From: a plasmid
Sequence record: NZ_CP119397.1
Reading direction: 5' to 3' (one strand)
Length of the DNA: 64,000 bases
The notes beneath the pieces were generated by a model that did not search any database, had not been told where the DNA came from, and saw only the letters and a program-made list of their open reading frames with translations. A program made the translations under genes and the position numbers. Every line of letters starts with the position of its first letter. Within the stretch, counting starts at the first letter, position 1. This document shows, piece by piece, positions 41,022-51,154 of the stretch.

Positions 41022-41838
41022 GATAAACCTCCGGGTCAGCTATCTGGAAGCGGGCCAGGGCGCGCCGCTGGTGCTGATCCACGGGGTCGGGATGAACGCG
41101 GAATCCTGGTATCCGCAGATGGCAGCGCTGAGCCGCCACTTCCGGGTGCTGGCGGTGGACATGCCGGGGCATGGTGAAAGCGAGGGCTTCCGCCACCCCG
41201 CCGCCCTGAACGAGTACGTCGCGTGGCTGGCCGCGTTCCTGCGTACCCAGCCGGAGGCGCGTTTTGCCGTGGCGGGTCACTCGATGGGCGCGCTGATCAC
41301 TGCCGGGCTGGCGATCGACTGCCCGGCGCTGGTGAGCCACGCGGTAGTGATGAGCGGGGTGTTCCGCCGCAGTGACGCGGCCCGCGCCGCCGTCGTGCAG
41401 CGCGCCGCTGAACTCGCCGCCGGGCAGGGAGAGATCGACTCGCCGCTGGCGCGCTGGTTCAGTGACGCACCCGGCGAACAACCACTGCGCCGCCAGGTGG
41501 GCGACTGGCTGCACCGGGTTGACCGGCAAGGCTACGCCTGCGCCTATCAGGCGTTTGCCGGGGGCGACCAGCTCTACGCCGACCGCTGGCAGGCGATCCA
41601 GTGCCCGGTACTGGTGCTGACCGGCGAACAGGATGCCAACTCCAGCCCGGCAATGGCCCGGCAGATGGCCCAGGCCGCCCCCCACGGGCGGGCGGTGATT
41701 ATTGAAAACGCCCGGCACATGGTCACCCTGACAGACGCAGAGCGGGTCAACGCGGAACTTCTGGCGTTTCTCCGCCCTGCCCCTGCACCGGTTGCCCGGC
41801 AGACCACACGAGAAGGAGTGACAGATGGACGCAGATAA
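40993..41838 (+). CDS. Alpha/beta-fold hydrolase.
   Basis: HGVGMN oxyanion region and a GHSMGA nucleophile elbow. It overlaps the upstream gene by 29 nt and the downstream gene by 14 nt. Confidence 0.8.
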   Translation: MIRKTQQLSEINLRVSYLEAGQGAPLVLIHGVGMNAESWYPQMAALSRHFRVLAVDMPGHGESEGFRHPAALNEYVAWLAAFLRTQPEARFAVAGHSMGALITAGLAIDCPALVSHAVVMSGVFRRSDAARAAVVQRAAELAAGQGEIDSPLARWFSDAPGEQPLRRQVGDWLHRVDRQGYACAYQAFAGGDQLYADRWQAIQCPVLVLTGEQDANSSPAMARQMAQAAPHGRAVIIENARHMVTLTDAERVNAELLAFLRPAPAPVARQTTREGVTDGRR

Positions 41839-42754
41839 ACGCAGACAATTACGTGACGCTTTCGGCGCTTTTATGACCGGCGTCACCGTCGTGACCACCA
41901 CGGGTGATCACGGCCAACCGCTTGGCTTTACCGCCAATTCCTTCTCCTCGGTGTCGCTGGAGCCGCCGTTGCTGCTGGTCAGCATTGACAAGCGTTCGGC
42001 CAATTTTGCCCAGTTTACCGGCTGCGGCCACTTCGCCATCAATGTGCTCGCCGAGCAGCAGAAAGAGACCTCAAACATTTTTGCGCAGAAAATTGAGGAT
42101 CGCTTCGCGCTGATTGACTGGCACCCGGCTGCCTCCGGTGCGCCGCTGATTGACGGCAGCTCCGCCTGGTTTGACTGCCGCCTGCATCAGGTGGTGGATG
42201 CCGGTGACCACGCCATTTTGATCGGGGAAGTCGGGGCGTTCGGCTCCAGCGGCACCGCCGGGCTGGGTTACTACCGCGGTGCCTATTTCACCCCGTTCCA
42301 TAATGCCGAATCCCTGATCACCAACCCGGAAGTGGTGGTCAGCGCGCTGATTGAATCCAACGGCCGGGCGGTGATGGTCAGACAGCAGGATGGCGGCTAC
42401 GCCCTGCCCGCCCGCACCGTCGGCGGCCAGGGCGTCAGTGACACCCTGGCCGCACTGACCCGCGATCTGTCTCTGAACGCCAGCCCCGGCTTTGTCTATT
42501 CGATTTACGACGAGCGCCCCAAAAACCGCCAGCACATCGTGTTCCTGTGCGCCCTGCCGACCGATGCCGCAGAGGCACAGCCGCCGCTGCACCAGGCCGA
42601 GTGGTATCCCCTGAGCAATCTGGCCGGTTTGCCGATTGCCGACTCCGCCCTGAAATCGCTGATGAACCGTTTTGTCAGGGAACATGCGGTGGGTAATTAC
42701 GCCATCTATTACGGCGATGAACAACGCGGCAGCCTTAAACATTTCGCCGGCTGA
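41825..42754 (+). CDS. Flavin reductase (HpaC/RutF-like, PF01613) fused to a ~150-aa C-terminal domain of unclear function. The C-terminal domain may be a NUDIX-like fold with a degenerate Nudix box.
   Basis: N-terminal flavin-reductase motifs (FMTGVTVVTT...GFTANSFSSVSLEPPLLLVSI..GDHAILIGEV). The C-terminal half has no canonical GX5EX7REUXEEXGU box. Confidence 0.7.
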   Translation: MDADKRRQLRDAFGAFMTGVTVVTTTGDHGQPLGFTANSFSSVSLEPPLLLVSIDKRSANFAQFTGCGHFAINVLAEQQKETSNIFAQKIEDRFALIDWHPAASGAPLIDGSSAWFDCRLHQVVDAGDHAILIGEVGAFGSSGTAGLGYYRGAYFTPFHNAESLITNPEVVVSALIESNGRAVMVRQQDGGYALPARTVGGQGVSDTLAALTRDLSLNASPGFVYSIYDERPKNRQHIVFLCALPTDAAEAQPPLHQAEWYPLSNLAGLPIADSALKSLMNRFVREHAVGNYAIYYGDEQRGSLKHFAG

Positions 42755-42773
42755 ACGCCGTGAGGACGCAACC

Positions 42774-43811
42774 ATGAAACTCTCTTTATTCGTTCATATG
42801 GAAAGAATTTCCCCCGATGAGCCGCAGGAAACGCTCTACAACGAGATGATGACGCTGTGTGAAATCGCGGATCGCGGCGGTATGCACGCTATCTGGACGG
42901 GTGAGCACCACGGCATGAATTTCACCATCGCCCCCAACCCGTTTATCAACCTGGTGGACATCGCCCACCGGACATCCAGGGTTCGCCTGGGCACCGGCAC
43001 CGTGGTCGCCCCGTTCAACCACCCGATCCGGCTGGCCGGGGAAGCGGCGATGACTGACCTTATCACCGGCGGGCGGCTGGAGCTGGGCATCGCACGCGGT
43101 GCGTACAGCTTCGAATATGAACGCCTGATGCCGGGGCTGACGGCCTGGGAGGCGGGCCAGCGGATGCGTGAGCTGATCCCGGCGGTGCAGAAGCTGTGGC
43201 AGGGCGATTACGCCCACCAGGGGGAGTTCTGGTCATTCCCGTCGACCACGTCCGCGCCGCAACCGGCCAAAGACGCCGCACCGCCGATCTGGGTGGCAGC
43301 GCGTGACCCGAACAGCCATGAGTTTGCCGTGAAAAATAACTGCAACGTACAGGTGACGCCGCTGCATCAGGGCGAGGAGGAGATTGTCCGGCTGGTGACC
43401 TGCTTCAAAGAGGCCTGCCGGGCATTCCCACCGCCTGCCCCGCTGAAAATCATGCTGCTGCAACATGGCTATGTGGCGGAGGATGAGGCCGACGCGCAGC
43501 AGGCCGCCACCGCATTTAACCGCTTCTACAACTATTTCGGTGCCTGGTTCAAGAATGAGCGCCCGGTCACGCAGGGGCTGATCCAGCCGCTGACCGACGA
43601 GGAGATTGCGGCCAACCGTTACTACTCCGCCGAGGCCATGCGCACCAACCTCGCCATCGGCACCGCCAATGACCTGATCGCCCGCCTGAAACATTATGAG
43701 GCGCTGGGCTATGACGAGTTCGCGTTGTGGATCGACAGCGGGATGCCGTTTGCCCGCAAAAAAGCGTCACTGGAGCGTTTTATTCACGGCGTGCTGCCCG
43801 AATTTCACTGA
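42774..43811 (+). CDS. LLM-class (luciferase-like) flavin-dependent monooxygenase.
   Basis: 346-aa TIM-barrel LLM pattern (MKLSLFVHME...HHGMNFTIAPNP...). Start at the internal ATG after an SD. Confidence 0.85.
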   Translation: MKLSLFVHMERISPDEPQETLYNEMMTLCEIADRGGMHAIWTGEHHGMNFTIAPNPFINLVDIAHRTSRVRLGTGTVVAPFNHPIRLAGEAAMTDLITGGRLELGIARGAYSFEYERLMPGLTAWEAGQRMRELIPAVQKLWQGDYAHQGEFWSFPSTTSAPQPAKDAAPPIWVAARDPNSHEFAVKNNCNVQVTPLHQGEEEIVRLVTCFKEACRAFPPPAPLKIMLLQHGYVAEDEADAQQAATAFNRFYNYFGAWFKNERPVTQGLIQPLTDEEIAANRYYSAEAMRTNLAIGTANDLIARLKHYEALGYDEFALWIDSGMPFARKKASLERFIHGVLPEFH

Positions 43812-43820
43812 GGAACCCTG

Positions 43821-45287
43821 ATGGAATCGTTCAAACTCTATATCGACGGCCGCTTTGAGGCGGGCAGCGCCTGTTTCACCTCGCTGAACCCGGCCACGGA
43901 GCAGCCCTGGGCGGAGATTGCCGAAGCGCAGGCAGAGGACGTCAACCGGGCGGTGGCCGCCGCGCACCGCGCTTTCCATGACGAACGCTGGCGCGGCCTC
44001 ACCGCCGGTGCGCGCGGCAAATTGCTGCTGCGGCTGGCGGATCTGCTGGAGCAGAACGCCGGGGAACTGGCGCGGCTGGAGACGCTCGACACCGGCAAAA
44101 TCATCCGGGAAACCCGCGCCCAGGTAGCGTATGTCGCGGAGTATTACCGCTATTACGCCGGGCTGGCGGACAAGATGGAGGGCCGCACCCTCAGCATCGA
44201 CAAACCGGACATGGAAACCTGGGTCACGCGTGAACCCGTGGGCGTGGTCGCGGCGATCATCCCCTGGAACAGCCAGCTGTTTTTATCGGCCGTGAAAATC
44301 GGCCCGGCGATCGCCGCCGGCTGCACGCTGGTGGTCAAGGCCGCGGAAACCGCCCCGGCCCCGCTGCTGGCGTTTGCGCGCCTGATCGACGAAGCCGGGT
44401 TCCCGCCCGGCGTCTGTAACATCATTACCGGCTTCGCCGCGACGTGCGGCACGGTGCTGACCACCCACCCGCTGGTGGACCACATCGCCTTTACCGGCGG
44501 CCCGGAAACGGCAAAAAGCATCATCCGCAACAGTGCGGAAAACCTGGCGCGCACCTCGCTGGAGCTGGGCGGCAAATCACCGTTTATCGTGTTTGAGGAT
44601 GCTGACCTGGAGAGCGCCGCCAATGCGCAGGTCGCGGCGATCTTCTCCGCCTCGGGCCAGAGCTGCGTGGCCGGCTCCCGGCTGCTGGTGGCAGAAAGCA
44701 TCAAAGACGCGTTTCTCGAGGCGCTGACGCAGAAGGTGCGCGGCATTGTGATTGGCTGCCCGCAGCAGCCGGAAACCCAGTTCGGCCCGCTCTGCACCCC
44801 CCAGCAAAAAACGCGCATCCACCAGCGGGTCACGCAGTCACTGGAACAGGGCGCGCGGCTGGTCACCGGCCATTACGACCTGGATCGCCCCGGTTATTAC
44901 TACCCGCCAACCATCCTCGACTGCTCAGCCCAGCCGCAGGCCGTGTGCGTGACGGAGGAACTGTTCGGCCCGGTACTCTCGGTGCTGACCTTCCGTGATG
45001 AGGCCGAAGCGGTGCGCCTGGCGAATGACACCGGGTATGGGCTGGCGGCCGGGGTGTTTACCCAGAACCTGACCCGCGCCCACCGCGTGACGCGCCGTCT
45101 GCGCACCGGCGTGGTGTGGCTCAACACCTACCGGGCGGTCTCCCCGCTGGCCCCCTTTGGCGGCTACGGCAAATCGGGCTTTGGCCGTGAAGGCGGCATG
45201 GACGCGGCGCTGGAGTACACCACCACCAAAACCGTCTGGTTACGCACCAGTGATGCGCCGATAGATGACCCGTTTGTGATGCGCTGA
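43821..45287 (+). CDS. NAD(P)-dependent aldehyde dehydrogenase.
   Basis: Catalytic Cys (GQSCVAGSRLLV) and Glu (LELGGKSP) motifs. 488 aa. Confidence 0.9.
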   Translation: MESFKLYIDGRFEAGSACFTSLNPATEQPWAEIAEAQAEDVNRAVAAAHRAFHDERWRGLTAGARGKLLLRLADLLEQNAGELARLETLDTGKIIRETRAQVAYVAEYYRYYAGLADKMEGRTLSIDKPDMETWVTREPVGVVAAIIPWNSQLFLSAVKIGPAIAAGCTLVVKAAETAPAPLLAFARLIDEAGFPPGVCNIITGFAATCGTVLTTHPLVDHIAFTGGPETAKSIIRNSAENLARTSLELGGKSPFIVFEDADLESAANAQVAAIFSASGQSCVAGSRLLVAESIKDAFLEALTQKVRGIVIGCPQQPETQFGPLCTPQQKTRIHQRVTQSLEQGARLVTGHYDLDRPGYYYPPTILDCSAQPQAVCVTEELFGPVLSVLTFRDEAEAVRLANDTGYGLAAGVFTQNLTRAHRVTRRLRTGVVWLNTYRAVSPLAPFGGYGKSGFGREGGMDAALEYTTTKTVWLRTSDAPIDDPFVMR

Positions 45288-45480
45288 CCCAGTGCGCAGG
45301 GCGGCGCGCCCCCGCCGCCCGCGTTATGCGTTTCAGGACGACACCGCCCGCCTGTTTCTGACGTCATCACCTGTTAAGGCAACCCTCGCCGGTTGTCAGG
45401 ATGGCTGTGGGCTTTTTTCAGGGAATACCGCCTTACACCCGCTGTTTACACGCTGAAATCCTGATTTCCCGGAGGTTAGA

Positions 45481-46878
45481 ATGAGTGCCCAGCCCGACCA
45501 GAAACGGTTAATTGAAAACAAGTCTGTTGATTACGTCCCGGCGTCAGAGCGCCACGGCCGCTCACGCAGCCTCTTTACGCTCTGGTTCTGCACCAACATT
45601 GCACCGCTGGCGGTGGTCACCGGGGCGATGGCCAGCCAGACGTTCCACCTCAGCATTGCCTCGGCGCTGACGGCGATTATCGCCGGGCACCTGTTCGGCG
45701 GGATTTTCCTGGCCCTGACGTCGGCACAGGGGCCGCAGGTGGGCATTCCGCAAATGGTACAGAGCCGGGCGCAGTTCGGCCGTTACGGTTCGCTGCTGGT
45801 GATTATCTTCGCCACCGTGATTTACCTCGGCTTCTTTATCTCCAATATCTCCCTGTCCGGGCGGGTGATTAACAATGTCATCCCGGCGTTGCCGCTCCCG
45901 GCCGCCACGCTCACCGGGGCAGTGGTCGCGACGCTGATTGGCGTGGTGGGGTACCACTTTATCCACCATATCAACAAGGTAGGTGCCTGGGTGATGGGCG
46001 CGGCGCTGCTGGGCGGGCTTTTGCTGATGCTGACCCAACCGCTGCCGGCCGATTTCTGGCAGCGCGGCAGCGTCACCCCCGGCGGCTGGTTTGCCACCTT
46101 CTGCATCGGCGCGGTGTGGCAAATCAGCTTTTCGCCCTACACCTCTGACTATTCACGCTACCTGCCGGCCAGCGCCGGCATTGCGCGGCCGTTCCTCTGC
46201 ACCTATCTGGGGGCGTGCTGCGGCACTATCCTGGCGTTTGTGTTCGGGCTGGTGGCGGTTAACCTGGTGCCCGGCAGCGATGCAATGGCCTCCGTCCGGC
46301 AGGCGACCGGCTGGCTCGGGCCGATGCTGATGGGGCTGTTTTTGGTCAACATCATCTGCCATAACTCCATGAACCTGTATGGCGCGGTACTCTCGCTGAT
46401 TACCGCCGTCCAGACGTTCCGCCCGCACTGGACGCCGGATGCGCGTGTCCGGGTGCTGTTCTCCGCGCTGGTGCTGGCAGGCTCGGTGCTGACGGCCCTG
46501 GCGGCTTCCGCGCACTTTGTCACCTTCTTCCTGAACCTGATCCTGGCGTTGATCGCCGTGCTTATCCCGTGGAGCGTGATTAACCTGATCGATTTCTACC
46601 TGATCAATAAACAGCGCTATGACATCCCCTCGATTTTCAGCGCGGACGGCGGGCGTTACGGGCGGGTCAACACCCGCGCCTTGCTGGTCTATTTCGGTGG
46701 GATTGTGGTGCAGGTGCCGTTTGTGGAGAACGCCTTTTTCACCGGCCCCTATGCCAACCTGATCCCAGGGGTGGATATCTCCTGGATTATCAGCCTGGTG
46801 GTGACCAGCATCGCCTACCCGCTGTTCCACAGCCGCCATGATGTGCGGGTGCCCAGCGGCCGGGCAAGCAAAGCCTGA
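45481..46878 (+). CDS. NCS1-family (purine-cytosine / allantoin-type) permease.
   Basis: 465 aa, 12 TM segments, NCS1 N-terminal pattern (YVPASERHGRSRSLFTLWFCTNIAPLAV). Confidence 0.85.
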   Translation: MSAQPDQKRLIENKSVDYVPASERHGRSRSLFTLWFCTNIAPLAVVTGAMASQTFHLSIASALTAIIAGHLFGGIFLALTSAQGPQVGIPQMVQSRAQFGRYGSLLVIIFATVIYLGFFISNISLSGRVINNVIPALPLPAATLTGAVVATLIGVVGYHFIHHINKVGAWVMGAALLGGLLLMLTQPLPADFWQRGSVTPGGWFATFCIGAVWQISFSPYTSDYSRYLPASAGIARPFLCTYLGACCGTILAFVFGLVAVNLVPGSDAMASVRQATGWLGPMLMGLFLVNIICHNSMNLYGAVLSLITAVQTFRPHWTPDARVRVLFSALVLAGSVLTALAASAHFVTFFLNLILALIAVLIPWSVINLIDFYLINKQRYDIPSIFSADGGRYGRVNTRALLVYFGGIVVQVPFVENAFFTGPYANLIPGVDISWIISLVVTSIAYPLFHSRHDVRVPSGRASKA

Positions 46879-47061
46879 GAGCCGCCCCGCCCGGCTTTCC
46901 GCCCCGGCCATGCCCCTGCCCTTTGGCGGGGCTTTTTTCAGCCCGCCGGCTTCTTTTTCCCGCTGGCTAAAGTTTCGGCAAAAACCCACCGATAACTTAC
47001 CAGCAGGACGTTTATGTACAGGATGTCGCCTATGTGATAGCGCAACGCCGGGAGTGCCATA

Positions 47062-49014
47062 ATGGCCGGAAAAGTACGACAGAAACACCCCATGAGTACC
47101 CGCACACAGATGCTGCTCACGGGCGCGTTAACCATCACCCTTGGGTTTGTGGTCACCATTGGTGTGCTGAGCTGGCAGTCAGGCCGCGAGCAAAAATTGC
47201 TGGCCGGGCAGTACCTGCAACAGATCGCCCAGTCCAGCGCCCTGCAAATCCAGCAGGAGCTGAGCTATGCCAGGGATGTGGCGCACAACCTGGGCCAGAG
47301 CCTGATCGCCCTGCCCGCCGCCGGGATAAAAGAGCGCGCCGCCGCCGATAAGCTGACGGAATACGCCCTGCGGGATAACCCTGATTACCTGTCGATGTCC
47401 GTGATTTTCGAACAGGATGCCTTCGACGGGCGCGACGCCGAGTTCGCCGCCCTGCCCGGCCAGGCACCGAACGGCCGCTACGCCTGGTTTGTCGACAAAA
47501 ACCAGGCGGGCCAGTACGCGATGCACCCGCTGCTCTCCTATGCCACGCCCGGCCAGGGCGACTACTATCTGGTGCCGCAAAAGAGCCGCAAAGATACCCT
47601 CACCGAACCCTACACCTACGCCTATAACGGTGTGCCGACGCTGCTGACTTCCGTTTCGTCGCCGATCGTCAGTGACGGCAAACTCTGGGCGGTGGTCGCC
47701 TCCGACATCTCGCTGGCGTCGTTGCAGAAAAAAGTCGATCAGATAAAACCCTGGGAAGGCAGCGGCTACGCCATGCTGCTTTCGCATGGCGGCAAAGTGG
47801 TCTCCCACCCGGATAAAACGTTAGCGGGTAAAGTCTGGCCCGGCCGGGCCGATAACTTCACCGCGGACATCGTGCAACAACATGACGCGCGGCTGGACGA
47901 AGAGGTGATGGTGACCTGGCAACCGGTCACCATCGGCAACAGCGACCAGCCGTGGTACCTCGGCGTGGTGGTGCCGGTCAGCCAGGTGATGGCGGCCGCC
48001 AACCGGCAGTTAACCAATGCCGTGATCCTGATGGTGGTGAGCATCCTGCTGGTGAGCGCGCTGCTTGGGGTAATTTTCAGCCGCAAAGTGCTGCGGCCGA
48101 TCGGCGGCGAGCCGTTGCAGGCTGCCACCATTGCGCTGGCGGTTGCGGAAGGCAAGCTGGATAACGTCATCCCGGTCAGTGCCGGTGACCGCAGCAGCCT
48201 GTTTTTTGCCCTGCACACCATGCAGGCGCAGTTGCGCGGTATTGTCGGCCAGCTGAAAGAGGCCAGCGACTCGGTGCGCCAGGGCGCAGGCGAGATTGCC
48301 GGCGGCAACCTGGATCTCGCCTCCCGCACGGAACAGCAGGCCGCCGCGCTGGAGGAGACCGCCGCCAGCATGGAGCAGATCACTGCCACCGTGAAACATA
48401 ACGCCGCGAACACGCACCAGGCCACGGTATTGACGGAGAACGCCACCCGCATCGCCGGGCGCGGCGAGCTGCTGGTGAACCAGGTGGTGGAGACGATGAC
48501 GCAGATTGATGACAGCGCCCGGAAAATCGGCGACATCACGGCGATCATCAACAGCATCGCGTTCCAGACCAATATCCTGGCGCTGAACGCTGCGGTGGAG
48601 GCCGCACGGGCCGGAGAACAGGGGCGCGGCTTCGCCGTGGTGGCCTCTGAAGTGCGCAACCTGGCGCAACGCAGCGCCACCGCCGCCACCGAGATCGCCG
48701 CGCTGATTGAAGAGTCCGGCCGCCGCGTCGGCAGCGGGGTGCAACTGGTGCACGATACCGGCAACACCATGCAGGAGATGACCCAGGCCGTCACGTCCAT
48801 GCAGAGCATTATCAACGAGATCGCTACCGCCTCGGACGAACAGGCCAAGGGCATCAGCCAGGTGACGCTGGCGGTCAACGAGATGGACGGCACCACCCAG
48901 CAAAACGCCGCCCTGGTGCAGGAGATGTCTGCCGCAGCCAGCTCGCTGGAGGCGCAGGCGCAACAGCTCGCCCAGACAGTAGAGCAGTTCCGGTTGTCGG
49001 CCCAGCCTGCGTAA
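47062..49014 (+). CDS. Methyl-accepting chemotaxis protein with a periplasmic dCache/Cache-like sensor. The start may be the internal Met at 47092.
   Basis: Two TM segments flank a ~270-aa periplasmic domain. HAMP domain and a conserved MCP signalling domain ([40 protein letters not shown]). Confidence 0.85.
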   Translation: MAGKVRQKHPMSTRTQMLLTGALTITLGFVVTIGVLSWQSGREQKLLAGQYLQQIAQSSALQIQQELSYARDVAHNLGQSLIALPAAGIKERAAADKLTEYALRDNPDYLSMSVIFEQDAFDGRDAEFAALPGQAPNGRYAWFVDKNQAGQYAMHPLLSYATPGQGDYYLVPQKSRKDTLTEPYTYAYNGVPTLLTSVSSPIVSDGKLWAVVASDISLASLQKKVDQIKPWEGSGYAMLLSHGGKVVSHPDKTLAGKVWPGRADNFTADIVQQHDARLDEEVMVTWQPVTIGNSDQPWYLGVVVPVSQVMAAANRQLTNAVILMVVSILLVSALLGVIFSRKVLRPIGGEPLQAATIALAVAEGKLDNVIPVSAGDRSSLFFALHTMQAQLRGIVGQLKEASDSVRQGAGEIAGGNLDLASRTEQQAAALEETAASMEQITATVKHNAANTHQATVLTENATRIAGRGELLVNQVVETMTQIDDSARKIGDITAIINSIAFQTNILALNAAVEAARAGEQGRGFAVVASEVRNLAQRSATAATEIAALIEESGRRVGSGVQLVHDTGNTMQEMTQAVTSMQSIINEIATASDEQAKGISQVTLAVNEMDGTTQQNAALVQEMSAAASSLEAQAQQLAQTVEQFRLSAQPA

Positions 49015-49042
49015 CCGGCAACCGGATCGGTAGCTTGTCTGC

Positions 49043-49080
49043 GTGATAACGCGGCCACCCTGTCAGGTGGCCGCTTTTTT
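49043..49080 (+). terminator. Rho-independent terminator after the MCP gene.
   Basis: GCGGCCACC-CTGTCA-GGTGGCCGC followed by TTTTTT. Confidence 0.7.
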
Positions 49081-49184
49081 GTGCATGTGCGCCGGGCCGG
49101 TGATGCCTGCGTAACGGTTTTTGCCGGAACGCGTTATGCTGGGGGGATACGCCTCCTTTAACACAAATTATCTTTCCGGAGACA

Positions 49185-50723
49185 ATGTTGGCCCTATTCC
49201 GTAACCGGTCCCCTGAACGCATCATGCGCGCGTGTTTGATGATTATCAGCGCGGCGGTGCTGTTCACCGGCACCTGGTCGCTCTGGCACTCCTGGCACGG
49301 CACCGTGCAGGATGCCGAGAAGGACGCGAAAAACCAGTCGCTGTCGCTCTCGCGGCAGGCGCAGGATACCTTTTTACAGGTGGAACTCACCCTGGAGGAG
49401 CTGGCGCGCAACGCAGACGCGATGTTTGCCGCGCCGTCCCATTTTGCCGGGCCGGGCGGGCTGCTGGCCATGCAGAAGAGCAAACTGCCGCAACTGAATG
49501 GGCTGTTCGTCTATGACGCGCAGGGGCGCTGGGTCACCACGACCGCGAAACACGTGCCGCCGCGGGCCAATAATGCTGACCGGGAATATTTTATCTGGCA
49601 CCGTGAGCATAACGACGCGCTGATCCACGTCGGGCATGTGATCCGCAGCCGCTCCAGCGGGGAGCTGATCATCCCGGTATCCCTGCGCCTGAATGATGCG
49701 CAGGGGGCGTTCCGCGGCGTGGTGCTGGGCACGGTGAGGGTCGATTTTTTCCGCCACTTTTATGGCTGGTATGAGCAGGGGCCGAACGATCTGCTCGGGC
49801 TGCTGCACGCTGACGGCACCATCCTTTATATGCGCCCCTTCCCGGACAGCGTGATTAACCGCAGCCTGGCGCACAGCCCGCTGTTTACCCGCCTGCTGAA
49901 AAGTGCGCTCACCGGCACCCGCACCTGGAAAAACCGGGTGGACGGCGTAACGCGCCTGACGGGCTATGCCCGGCTGGAGCGCTACCCACTGGTGGCGGTG
50001 GCCGGTTATGACCGTAATGCCTTACAGCGCACCTGGTTCAGCAATAATGCGGTGATCATCATCCTGAACGGCCTGCTGCTGTTGCTGGTGATCGTGCTGG
50101 GCCTGCTGGGGTTGAGGCAGTTCAACACCACCTTGCGTAAACAGCGTGAGCTGCTGGAAGTGCGTGACGAGCTGACGCGGGTCAACCATACCTTGCAGGA
50201 TCTGGCGCTGGTGGACGGCCTGACCGGCATCGGCAACCGCCGCCAGTTCGATTTTTATCTGGAGCAGTGTCTGCTGCGTGCGAAAGGGTCCGGGTTGCCG
50301 GTGTCGCTGGTGATGCTGGACATCGACTTTTTCAAAAACTACAACGATGCCTTTGGCCATGTTGCCGGTGACGAATGCCTGAGGCAGGTCGCGGAGATCC
50401 TCGACCACCTGCCGCGCCGCGGTGCCGACCGGGTAACCCGCTACGGCGGCGAAGAGTTCGCGCTGATCCTGCCGGGCACCGGCGCCGATGAAGCCAGACA
50501 GGTGGCGAAACGCGCACTGGCGGCCCTGCGCCGGGCGGCCCTGCCGCACAGCGCCAGCCCGTTGCCGGAAAAAATCGTCACCCTGAGCGGCGGCGTCAGC
50601 ACCGCCCACCCCGGCGGCAGCGCCGATGAGCTGAAACGGGCAGCCGATGCCGCGCTCTATCAGGCCAAACGCGCCGGCCGTAACCGGATTATGGGTGCCG
50701 GGGTGGTGAAGGAGGGGGAATGA
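49185..50723 (+). CDS. Diguanylate cyclase (GGDEF) with a periplasmic sensor domain and an intact I-site.
   Basis: Two TM segments flank a periplasmic domain. RYGGEEF active site with RGAD (RxxD) five residues upstream. Confidence 0.85.
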   Translation: MLALFRNRSPERIMRACLMIISAAVLFTGTWSLWHSWHGTVQDAEKDAKNQSLSLSRQAQDTFLQVELTLEELARNADAMFAAPSHFAGPGGLLAMQKSKLPQLNGLFVYDAQGRWVTTTAKHVPPRANNADREYFIWHREHNDALIHVGHVIRSRSSGELIIPVSLRLNDAQGAFRGVVLGTVRVDFFRHFYGWYEQGPNDLLGLLHADGTILYMRPFPDSVINRSLAHSPLFTRLLKSALTGTRTWKNRVDGVTRLTGYARLERYPLVAVAGYDRNALQRTWFSNNAVIIILNGLLLLLVIVLGLLGLRQFNTTLRKQRELLEVRDELTRVNHTLQDLALVDGLTGIGNRRQFDFYLEQCLLRAKGSGLPVSLVMLDIDFFKNYNDAFGHVAGDECLRQVAEILDHLPRRGADRVTRYGGEEFALILPGTGADEARQVAKRALAALRRAALPHSASPLPEKIVTLSGGVSTAHPGGSADELKRAADAALYQAKRAGRNRIMGAGVVKEGE

Positions 50724-50776
50724 AAGTGATAGCGAGAACGGCTGCCCATAAGGAATAGGGCAGCGTTCCTGTTGTT

Positions 50777-51151
50777 CTACTCACTGAACCGCGGAACCTC
50801 TTCGGGCCGGGTAAACAGGGTCAGCCCCAGTGATTGCCCGAGGCGCACATCCTTATCTGCCCCCGCTGATGCGCCGGGGAGGCGCAGGATCGCATCACAA
50901 TGGCCGATCAACCGGTGCGCCACCGGGTAGAGGAACGCTTCGCTGATCTCATCCCCAATCCGGGTTGACCCGGCCGTCTGCGCCAGCGGCAGCGCCAGCC
51001 ATTCGCCAATCACCGGCGTATGCCCGCGTTGGTAAACCGCCAGCGCCGCCTGCGCCAGTTTCGCCAGGTTTTCGTTAATCTGCGCGAGCGAACCGTCAGT
51101 GCCGCTTCTGACCGGGCCGGCAATCAGGATCATCATTCTTTTCATTATCAT
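50777..51151 (-). CDS. Small conserved hypothetical protein (124 aa, MMILIAGPVRSGTDG...). It may be DUF4406 / nucleoside-2-deoxyribosyltransferase-like. It is co-oriented directly downstream of nudK.
   Basis: ORF with host-like composition that abuts the nudK stop. The family is a guess. Confidence 0.45.
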   Translation of the reverse strand: MIMKRMMILIAGPVRSGTDGSLAQINENLAKLAQAALAVYQRGHTPVIGEWLALPLAQTAGSTRIGDEISEAFLYPVAHRLIGHCDAILRLPGASAGADKDVRLGQSLGLTLFTRPEEVPRFSE

Positions 51152-51154
51152 CTC

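Noticed and set aside
47034-47351. 105-aa + strand ORF (GTG start) overlapping the start of the MCP gene in another frame.
   Set aside because: It is an Arg/Pro-rich frame artefact. It also marks the one place where my hand-indexing of the displayed sequence disagreed with the ORF track by 2 nt, so I relied on the track coordinates there.
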